Positions 1 to 8,603 of a DNA stretch of 14,552 nucleotides are shown here, piece after piece. The notes under the pieces were generated by a model. That model did no database searches, had not been told where the DNA came from, and saw only the letters and a list, made by a program, of their open reading frames with translations. Position numbers and translations under genes: made by a program. The stretch spans positions 1 to 14,552 of the forward strand of contig JBHGNT010000859.1 in NCBI GenBank assembly GCA_043228905.1, given 5' to 3'. Numbering within the stretch: position 1 is the first letter of the stretch; every line of letters begins with the position of its first letter. The DNA comes from Azolla caroliniana (taxonomy: Eukaryota; Plantae; Polypodiophyta).

Positions 1-2
1 CC

Positions 3-1860
3 GAAGAGCACACGGAGACGGTCCGAAGACTAAAACAAATGCTTACAACTGCATCGGCTTTACGGAGAGCTGTATACAAACCGGACATTCCAATTTACAT
101 CACGGTAGACACCAGCTCGACCGGAATCAGATGGGGTCGTAAATCATGAAGATGAGAACGACACACGTTTCCCCATCTGGTTCCGCGCGAAGGTATTGAG
201 CGAGCGACAACGAGGATACGCCCAGGTCAAGCGCGAACTATGGGGTATCGTTTCAGCGGTTAAGGTCGACAAGGACTACTTAATCGGGACAAAAGTGATT
301 GTAGAAACGGACTGCCTATCAATCCTCTGTATGGTTTCCGGATGTGTAACTCCTAACCTGGCCATGCTGAGATGGATTGCGTAAATCAAGTCTCTGAACC
401 CTGAAATACGGCACATTTTCGGAAAAGACAACGCCATGGTCGATATGCTTTCAAGAGCGAGGTTCGAGAACGAGGACGGCATGGTGTCGGAAGACAAAGA
501 GGTCGGTGCGGACTTCTTGAAATTAGCACGGATGAAGGTAAATAGGCGAAGCACTCCGCCCCTGAATGAGTTCGACGAGGACTACTATGATGGGGAGTGG
601 CTTCTAATCGGAAGGTTCCTAAGAACGATGACGGGGACGCATCATGGACGAGGAAGCGAGTCAACTCCGGAAGAGGGTGTACATGTACTTCCTATGAAAT
701 GGAAAAATTTGGAGGCATCCGAAGAAGTGAAACGACACGCCACTACGAGTAGCAACATGAACCGAGGATCAAGCGAAGCTGATATCGGAGTTCCACAAAA
801 GCCCTTGGTCCGGGCAGCAGGGTACATGGGCCACGTTCGAGAAGCTAAAGGATAAGTACTGGTGGCCGGGAATGTATAAAGGCGTACACCACTTCGTGTC
901 GACATGCGAGAGCTGCCATATGCACTTAGTGGTTCGACACCGCGACGAGCTACACCCGGCCATACACTTCAAGTGGATGGTCGACTTGGTGACGATGCCA
1001 ATGGGAGTAGGACATATGCGATACCTGGTGCTAGCAAGGGAAGATCTGACAAACCAGGTGGAGGGCCGAGTGTTGACAAACAAGACCACCACGGCCATGT
1101 GCAAGTTTCTGATTGAAGATGTCATCTGTCGGTATAGGTGCATAGGAAAGATTGTGGCCGATCGAGGAGAGCTAGATGTGGAGGAGGCCAAGGAACTGTT
1201 TGAACGACTAGGGGTGAAGTTGACCCTCACAACGACTTACAACCCATAAGCAAACGGGAAGGTCGAGCGGGGTCATGGACGTAAACGCCATAGTACGCGC
1301 ATGCGAAGGACGAGTCGGCAACTGGCCGAGAGTACTCCCTTGCGCGCTATGGGTGGACCGGACTACTCACAGTTCAGTGACCGACTACATGCCTGCGGAG
1401 CTCATGTTCGGGCAGAAACCCATCATGCCGATGGAACGAACAATTACTTCCTGGATGGCGGTCAATTGGGCCGATGAAATGAGCCGAGAAGAGTTGTTGG
1501 CGGCACTCATCTAACAACGCGAACGAAGGCCGGAAGACATGGAACAGGCGACAACGAGGGTAAAAGAGGCACGGAGCATAAACAAGGCCAAGTTCGATCG
1601 AACGCACCAACTACAGCCAAAGAAGACCGAGGAAGGCGATTGGGTGTTGGCCTACGACAGCAGTCTCGACAACCAGCATTGGTCTACGCGTAAGTTCGCA
1701 AAACAGTGGTTCGGGCCATACGTGGTGACTTGTGCAAACGACAACGTGACATACCATCTCACGGAGCTCGACGGGACCCAGATGACGACACCAATAGTAG
1801 GGAAGCGGATAAAGGCCTTCAAAAGGCGGAACGAAGCAGAACTGAACCAACAATGGGAAT
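3..1860 (+). pseudogene. pol: pol pseudogene of element A (RT-RH connection, RNase H, integrase)
   Basis: RNase H motifs: ITVDTS (frame 3, ~100-117), frameshift near 135, then YAQVKRELWG, VETDC, stop at 382-384, GKDNAMVDMLSR. Integrase Zn region FH...YWWPGMY...CESC. Core WMVDLV / IVADRGE / YNP*ANGKVERGH. C-terminal WFGPYVV. Stops at 382-384, 1247-1249 and 1512-1514, plus frameshifts. The end coordinate is approximate. Confidence 0.92.
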
Positions 1861-1951
1861 CAAAAGCAATGACTCGGACCGAGAGGGTAAGTAACAACTG
1901 GAATCCTCCACTAAACTCGCTACTTGGCACATACCGGAGGATGTGTGGTTT

Positions 1952-1963
1952 GGTGGGGGTGGA
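1952..1963 (+). other. Polypurine tract (PPT) of element A
   Basis: GGTGGGGGTGGA directly before TGTCATG at 1964, about 100 bp downstream of the integrase C-terminus. Confidence 0.65.
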
Positions 1964-2747
1964 TGTCATGAGATTCAAGGCCATCGGGGGAAACGTCGCC
2001 AAATGCATGGGAACGCGGGTGTGCACAAGTGCACCCCCCTTTTTGTACTAACTTATGTAAGTACTAGGTGTCGTTAGGTTTTGTGGATTACTAGGAAGTT
2101 AGGCACTATTAGAGGATTTAATATCGCGTGGGTAGGGGCGCGGAAACAAAGGTGAGATAGCGAGAGCACTGAGAATCTAGGAGGGAATATCAAGGGGTCA
2201 TTAAACCTGATGTAACAACTGCTCCTTGTGCTATAAAAGGGGTGGCCTCAGACTGTTTTTTTTTTTTTCGGTTTTGTTTCTTTCTTGAGAAGCAGAGGAC
2301 ATTGTCGAACAGGAAGAAGTAGCTCGCTCACTCGTTCTCTTCTAAACCTCTACGACCAAACCCTGGAAGGAACCCTCAGCTCGCGTCAAATGCCTGTGTG
2401 CTCCCGGCCAGAGGCCCCCTTTTTCCATGTGTTTGCTCTAGAGCTCGAACCTCTGTTCCCGGCTCTAACCAGTTGTATTCCCTGCGCTTCACGCGCATGT
2501 CCTAACTACTATTGAAAATCTATTCTGTTGCTTTACGTTGTTTTTTCTGTGTCGTTCTCGTGCTGTTATTCTCTCGTACTACATTGAGTTCGAAACCTAC
2601 GACCACGTCCTTCCTACTCCTCTTTGTCTGATTTGCGACGTTTGTGTGTACGCGACTCACAGGCCTCTTCCTCCTTTCTCGATTCCTTGGTTCAAGACCC
2701 CCGTCGTCCTACCCCGTTTCTACGCATCCACGCGGAATACCGCCACA
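1964..2747 (+). repeat. 3' LTR of element A (~784 bp)
   Basis: Starts TGT right after the PPT. Contains TATAAAA at 2232-2238 and a pyrimidine-rich U5-like half. Ends ...CGCCACA at 2747, exactly where element B coding similarity stops. The second LTR copy is not in the window, so the boundaries are inferred. Confidence 0.7.
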
Positions 2748-4629
2748 ATGTGATTTCGAAGTCATAGTCGGCAAGGAAAATTGACTATTGAGCTTGTCGA
2801 CGATTCAAGGTGCTGGTAGAAGCAAAATATAGAAGGTTTTTGTGGTCAGTTATGATCTGAACATAGTGTTCGGCCCCAACTAGGTAAGGCCTCCATCCCT
2901 CAAAAGTAGTATGAGATCATGGTTGCAAGTTCCTTGTCATAGATCATGTAGTTGATCTCAAGAGCTGTGAATTTACGTGAGTAGTAAGCTATCGGATGGT
3001 GTATCCCATCGTTGTCGGGTTGTGAGAGGATACCGTCGATAGCAAAGTCTAACGCATCTGTTTCCATTATGAATGGCTTTCTTGGGTTGGGGTGAAGGAA
3101 TACTATGGCGGTCATAAAGGCAGATTTAGCGCCATAAATGTAGTTTGTTCTATCAACGTCTAACAAAAGGGTCGGTCCTTATGGGTGAGTGCAACCAATG
3201 GTTGCACAATACTGGAGAACCCTTTAATAAACCGACGATAGAAATTTGCAAAGCCAAGGAAGGATTGAATGTCTCTTACCCGGGTGGGAGGTTTCCATTC
3301 TTGAATTGCGGCCACTTTCCGTTGATCCATGGAAATACCATCAGGAGAGATTATGTAGCCTAGAAATTCTACAAAAGACTGCTCGAATGTGCACTTTTCA
3401 TATTTGGTGTAAAGACCGTGTTCCCGAAGTCTTGACAGCACCAGGCGGACATGCTACTCGTGGGTATCGAGATCTAGAGAGTAGATGAGAATGTCATCTA
3501 AATAGGCCACCATGAATTGGTTGAGATACTCCCGGAAGATATTGTTCATCATGTGTTGGAATACGCCAAGGGCATTGGTTTGACATGATACTCGAACAAC
3601 CCGTATCGGGTTCGGAACATCATCTTCCATTTGTCTCCTAGATGGAAGGCGGTCCAAGAGCTCTGGAATCAAAGGTAGTGGATAGTGATTGCAGATAGTT
3701 ACTTTGTTATGTCCTCGGAAGTTGACACATAGACACAAGGAGCCATCCTTTTTCTTGACAAACAAGATTGGTGGTGCGGTCGGAGATTTTGAGTGGCGAA
3801 TGAACCCTTTCGCCAAGTTTTCATTAATGTATTCACGAAGCGCATCCAACTCTGGTTCTGATAATTCGTAGATGGGACCAAAAGGAGGACATGCACCGTC
3901 AAGGAGGTTGATTGCATAGTCGTACGACCGATGCTCTAGTAGCCAATTTGCATTCTATTTCTTAAAGACATCAAAGAACTGCCGATATTTTGAATGAATT
4001 GAGGTTGATGATTCGACCTTAATAGCAGCTTGAGCCTTTGTGTGTTCTGTGCCTATGTCACACAATGAGGACTTGTCCCTTGTCCCTGAAACAGGGTGGT
4101 TATTCTCATGCCTCACTAGAACAGGTGGAGTGCCTATGACATGCATCGCTTCCAAGCTATTGTTAGCTTTGTCAATCCGAGTTGTAATGTGAATGGATTG
4201 CCTACACCAATCCACAATGGGATTGTGTGTCACTAACCACGACAATACTAGAATGACATGGTGTCGAGGGGAAGAAATTAGATCAAAAGCGATCGTTTCC
4301 CGATGAGATCCCATGATGAGCTCTAGTGGAATCGTTTCCCCTATGATGGCACCCGATAGGAGCGGTAGTCCATCAATAACCTCGACCGGAATAGGCTTTG
4401 TTTTTACAACCTTGAGGATGGAGTGTGTATCACCAAAAAGCACATCCATAAAACATGTTGTTGCTCCAAAATCAAGTAGGGTAGTGGTGTGTATCACCTG
4501 GGTCCCTACCTGCAAGCTCACTGGTACAAGAAACCCATTTTGAGATGGTGCCTCATGAATAGAGCGTATCATCCGGCTGATGGAGCCCAATTACATAGCT
4601 CTTACTGCACTTGGGCCCTTAAGTTTCTC
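2748..4629 (-). pseudogene. pol: pol pseudogene of element B (aspartic protease, RT, RNase H)
   Basis: ORF pieces 3955-4590 (protease), 3454-3849 and 3160-3441 (RT), 2900-3166 (RH), plus frame-shifted GWRPYLVG...TDHKNL...RRQAQ*SIFLADYDFEIT down to 2748. Multiple stops, frameshifts and two internal deletions. Confidence 0.92.
4561..4629 (-). promoter_or_regulatory. Decayed -1 programmed ribosomal frameshift signal (G AGA AAC, 4-nt spacer, stem-loop/pseudoknot)
   Basis: pol is in the -1 frame relative to gag. The heptamer at 4629-4623 is one change from GGGAAAC. GGGCCCAAGTGCA (4618-4606) pairs with TGTAATTGGGCTC (4595-4583). Confidence 0.7.
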
Positions 4630-5561
4630 GGTACACGGCTACCTTTCACCGGGCAAGAAGCAACAAGATGTCCGGACACGCCACAATAGAAACACAAGTT
4701 ATTGCGTCGATGTTGTTGTGCACTGGACAACGATCGAGACCCCACTTTATCCACCTCCATCGATGTAGGTGAATCAGTGGTTGGGACTTGGTTGGGGACA
4801 TATGGCGGGGTTGGAGATTGAGAGAAGGAAGAAGGCAAGAAGGAAGACGGCCTAGGCCTTACTGCCTGGTCCACATCCTCCTCTTGATGGAGCTCGAAGA
4901 GGCGGTTATCACAAAGTATTGCCTGTGTTATTGCTTCATTTAGCAAGGTTGGCTCTGGAAAATTCAGTAATAATTTTTTTATGTCACCATTTAATCCCCA
5001 ATGGAATTGATCACATAAAGCTTGATCGCCCCACCCCACATCGCAAGCAAGTTGACGGAATTCGGAAGCGTAGATGGATGTCATGCAATTACCTTGTCGT
5101 AGGGAATAAAACTTAGCGAGCACAACTTGACGTCGGTACACCTCTCTGAACATAGCCTCAAACTCAGTGAGGAAGGCTGGGAAATCTTCCAAGAGCGGTG
5201 ATGTTGTTTCCACCAAGGGAGCGAACCACGCCTCCATTCATCCCGTTAGTAGTGAACCCAAGAGACCGACCTAGTGGAAACCTATGGCATAATGACAGGG
5301 TTGTAAGCAGATGATGAGGCAAATCTGATTAAGGAAGCCACGTAGTCGAGAGCGTATTCCATCAAACTTATCGGGAAGGCTATCCTTGGGTTCATAGTAG
5401 GATTCTTGGGATGGTAGCGGTGGGTTGAGGGTGTTGGTTGGTGTAACCGAGGATGTGGCAGACAGAAGCTCTAGTAAAGCTTTACAAAGGGTAGCATTCT
5501 CAGCTTGGAGTTGTTCCAAAGCTACGAGTATTTGAAGTAGGCTATCGATAGGATTAGACAT
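4602..5561 (-). pseudogene. gag: gag pseudogene of element B (capsid plus CX2CX4HX4C zinc knuckle at 4653-4694)
   Basis: ORFs 5271-5561 and 4602-5237 are in the same frame, joined by *VGLLGSLLTG* (two premature stops). N-terminal coiled-coil-like segment LEQLQAENATL. Knuckle CFYCGVSGHLVASC. Confidence 0.9.
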
Positions 5562-5570
5562 GGCTTTTGA

Positions 5571-6029
5571 TGTGAGGTTAACATAGAGGGGGTGAGAGTG
5601 AAAAGGAAGGTGAACAAACTAGTAAGGACATAAGTAAATGAAACTACAAGACCTCATCGGCAAGACAAGACAAGACATGATTGGCAAGCACAAAAGAGTG
5701 ATAAGAAAGGAAGTGATTGTCAAGTGCGGAAAAGAGAATCTCATTAACTGGGTGTTATTCACCTTGAATTCATTCAAGGTGAACTCAACTATTTATACTA
5801 AGCGGCATACATACTTGTTGCACGCATGTGATACAATAGAGCATGTATGTACGCATGCATGTGCCAAGTGTAAATAATACAAGGGAACAATTATGCACAT
5901 GATGCTAGCTTAAAATCACAAGGAGCAATTATGTACACATGATTGTATATTGGATATGTTGGTTAAACACATAACACTCAATTATAACATGATCATGTCA
6001 AGAGTGCGAATCTAAACATGATTGTGACA
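5571..6029 (-). repeat. 5' LTR of element B (~459 bp)
   Basis: On the - strand it starts TGTCACA (6029) and ends CCTCACA (5571). TATAAATA at 5797-5790. The outer boundary coincides with the start of the LINE reading frame at 6030. Confidence 0.7.
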
Positions 6030-6626
6030 CTTTCGGGCGATGTTGTGCAGTACGTAATGATTGAGGAAAGGTTGGTGGAATATTTAAGGATGAAGTGAGA
6101 TTATGTTAAGAGGACAAAGCTAGAATATTACATTGCAAATGTCAACCTTGAATGTTGGTCTCAATATAAAGCAAGAATGCTTATTGATCGTAACCAACCT
6201 TATCTCATTACCAATATGAGTAGTAATGCTTGTAGAGCCCTTACATTAGTTCGCACTCGATGTCACAAGTTTGGTATTGAAGTTGCATCATGGTATCAAA
6301 ATGTAACAAATTTGAAGACATGTAAAGTATGCAATGAAGGCATGGTAGAGGATGAATGTCACTTGCTCTTCACATGCTCGACATATGGTGCAATTCGCGC
6401 AAGATATGCTGACATACTAAGAGGGAGCGATAATTTAAGTGCCATACTTAAAGACACCACCTAGAAGGTTGAGCTCATATGTGTATGCTTTATTCGCACA
6501 TAGAGACTTTGCGCTTCAATGTATGAATACCCCTTCTTAGGAAGGAGACACATATTGTGAACACATGTATACTCTGGTCCCATAGGTCAAAATGGCCTCT
6601 TTATGAATGATAAAAATTCTAATTCT
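6030..6626 (+). mobile_element. Non-LTR retrotransposon (LINE) 3' end: C-terminal CCHC zinc-finger region, 3' UTR and short repeat tail; RTE-X/L2-like
   Basis: Frame from 6030: LSGDVVQ...RMK*DYVKRTKLEYY...QPYL...RALTLVRTRCHKFGIEVASW...CKVCNEGMVEDECHLLFTCSTYGAIRARY. After a frameshift near 6452 it continues RLSSYVYALFAHR to TAG at 6540. It ends GATAAA AATTCT AATTCT. The clade call is tentative. Confidence 0.8.
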
Positions 6627-7207
6627 GTGTGTGTGTGTATATTGGACACATTTTGTCAAATAAATGGGCTAATTGTTAATATGGAGAAAACAAAATATAT
6701 GGCAATAAAGACAATACAACCAAGTGGCTACCCCAATAGTTGGTTGTTAGGGCAATAGAAGAGGTGGAAAGCTTAAAATATTAGGGCACTCCATTAGTTG
6801 GTTGTTAAGATCATGACGATACATGCATTGATCATTCCCTCCATTCAACCACATATGTTCCTTCCCGACATAAGTGAAACATACCCTTCATTCTCTATAT
6901 CCAAGTCACATTAGTCTGTTTCTAACATCAGTGAACAAAGACCCTCCAACTTATGTTAAGTCAATACGAGTGAACTACCATCCCCTATCATTTGCGGGTA
7001 CAAAAAAAGAGGATCAAACAAACAAGTGGCTCGAGCTCCTCTTTTGTCCATCAAGTGTGTGGGTCGGTCGGCATAATTGAAGTGATCGGAACCTTGCAGT
7101 TTCTTGTACACGCTCTAGCTCTTGACATGTGTGTGTGAGAGAGACACATTTTTTTGTGGTCATTACTTTACCCTAGTGGTAAGTTGTTACACTACTAGCC
7201 TTAGGTC

Positions 7208-7780
7208 TAGGAATTGACAACAATTCAGTTCAATTTACTTTTGGTTTGAGAATGTCAAACTCAAACCGTTTAAAATTTTTGAAACTTAAATCGAATTGGA
7301 ATGAACCACGAAACTATTTAACCCAAAACCGTCTAAACCGAACCATTAAAAAAAAGTCAAGGTCAAACAAGATGGTTTTAGAGACCGTTAAAAACGCGGT
7401 TTCGAGGATCAATTTTAGGTTTTAAATTAAGGTCAAAATTCAAAACTTCACATTTGAATTTTAAAACGTTTTTAACTTTTTCGATATTTCAAATTTTAGT
7501 TTTTTAAAATTTAAAGATTTTTCTTAAAGATATCAAAACTAGGCTTAAAATGTTCAAAACAATATTTAAGAAAATGATCAGCTGTCAGTAATAAACCGTC
7601 AAACCGTATATCATTTAAACTGTGGTTTCAAACCGTTAAAACCGAAAACCATGAAACCGATAAAAAGGTTCGAACCGAACCAATTACTAAAACCTGAACC
7701 GATTCCAACTGAACCAAACTGAACTGTTTAAATCGTTAAGCCGCGGTTTCGCGAACCGAACCGTTGCAGGTTGCAACCTA
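7208..7780. mobile_element. MITE-like non-autonomous DNA transposon 1 (TAGG...CCTA ends, AAACCG/GAACC subterminal arrays, AT-rich core; hAT-like)
   Basis: Left end TAGGAATTGACAACAATTCAGTTC is a G>A-decayed mirror of right end GAACCGAACCGTTGCAGGTTGCAACCTA. Many AAACCG copies at 7263-7345 and 7592-7763. The TSD is ambiguous (cttaggtc 7200-7207 vs cctaggtc 7777-7784 or cttaggtt 7784-7791). Confidence 0.65.
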
Positions 7781-7837
7781 GGTCTTAGGTTGAAGTCTAG
7801 TATTTTCTCATGTGTCTCTCTCTCAATTACACTGCAT

Positions 7838-8249
7838 ATAACAATCGGGTTCGGTTCGGTTCGGTTCGGTTTGAGTGGGTCAAAACCAAACTGGTTTGGA
7901 GCCGAACCATTTAAAAAATTTGAAACCTAAACCGAGCCACAAAACCGTTAAACCGAATTCTTAAAAAAAATTCAAACCGTTAAAACCGTGGTTTCATGGT
8001 TTGGTAACTTAAGTCAATTTTTAAATTTTAAAGATGTTCCTATAACGTGAGAATAAGGTCTAAAAAATGAAAAGATTGTTTAAAAACAATTTTTAAAATT
8101 TAATTTTTATTTGATTTAAAACGTTTAAAAAATGTTAAAAAATAGAAATAAAGAACCCGTTAAACCATTTAAACGGCGGTTTCTAACGGGTTTGAAACTG
8201 AACCGAACTTGTTTAAACCGTGAACCGGTTCGGTTTTGCCTATTGTTAT
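7838..8249. mobile_element. MITE-like element 2, same family architecture as element 1
   Basis: Inverted ends ATAACAATCGG (7838-7848) and CCTATTGTTAT (8239-8249) match 10/11. (GGTTC)n at 7848-7870. Shares blocks with element 1, e.g. ACCGTTAAAA(A/C)CG(C/T)GGTTTC at ~7385 and ~7977. The true termini may extend ~10 bp further. Confidence 0.62.
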
Positions 8250-8351
8250 GTTAAACTTAACTCCATATATGTATGTACATACATAACATACATATACAGT
8301 TATACTGTATACATATATCCTCTTTATTAATTTTTACTACTCTTTTTGGAA

Positions 8352-8357
8352 TATAAA
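8352..8357 (+). promoter_or_regulatory. Candidate TATA box of the DUF829 gene
   Basis: TATAAA followed ~20-60 nt later by a CT-rich Y-patch (8374-8420), ~250 nt upstream of the ATG. Confidence 0.45.
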
Positions 8358-8477
8358 GATTTGAACCCATGACCTCCTCCTCTCTGTCTCTCTGTCTGTC
8401 TGTGTCTGTGTCTTTGTCTGCATGCGCCATTAATGGCACCCAACAACTCAACACCAACGCACACTTTTTCCATCATT

Positions 8478-8500
8478 GCCATCGCCATCGCCATCGCCAT
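8478..8500 (+). repeat. (GCCATC)n microsatellite in the presumed 5' UTR
   Basis: About 4 units, ending in GCCATG. Confidence 0.85.
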
Positions 8501-8603
8501 GGCTCTCCACCCAGTCCAACGCAGTAGGAACCACAGTAAAGAAGAAGACTGAAGAAGTACAAGAAGAAGCTTCCTTCTCAGACTCTCCCTCTCACACCTG
8601 TCC

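Larger units (their letters stand above)
1..2747 (+). mobile_element. Ty3/Gypsy LTR retrotransposon A, 3' part (RNase H - integrase - PPT - 3' LTR), degenerate; 5' part lies outside the window
   Basis: Order RH then INT is Gypsy-type. G-rich tract followed by a TGT...ACA-bounded, TATA-containing segment. The right end abuts the interrupted RNase H of element B. No chromodomain seen after the GPY motif. Confidence 0.92.
2748..6029 (-). mobile_element. Ty3/Gypsy LTR retrotransposon B (Tcn1/sushi-like chromovirus lineage), 5' part: LTR-gag-PR-RT-RH, interrupted by element A
   Basis: gag PDKFDG.RSRLRGFLNQI, SIYASEFRQLA, PTSMEVD and a CCHC knuckle. Protease LLD(F)[14 protein letters not shown]. 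RNase [30 protein letters not shown], then an abrupt break. The lineage call rests on motif resemblance, not on a phylogeny. Confidence 0.92.

Noticed and set aside
1860-2051. C-terminal extension of ORF 1539-2051 as a chromodomain or extra domain
   Set aside because: It has no chromodomain residues, and the frame simply runs through the PPT into the LTR.
2285-2753. ORFs 2285-2515 and 2538-2753 as an env-like or extra gene
   Set aside because: They are short, start at TTG, lie inside the inferred LTR and have no recognisable motifs.
7250-8240. AAACCG/GGTTC arrays as a CRISPR array or telomeric repeat
   Set aside because: Units are 5-6 nt and irregular with no repeat-spacer structure, they are not TTTAGGG, and the context is eukaryotic.
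8369-8527. Ser-rich ORF MTSSSLSLCLSV...HRHRHG as a transit-peptide first exon
   Set aside because: It is in a different frame from the CDS, there is no room for a plausible intron, and its ATG is only ~12 nt after the candidate TATA box, so probably upstream of the TSS.
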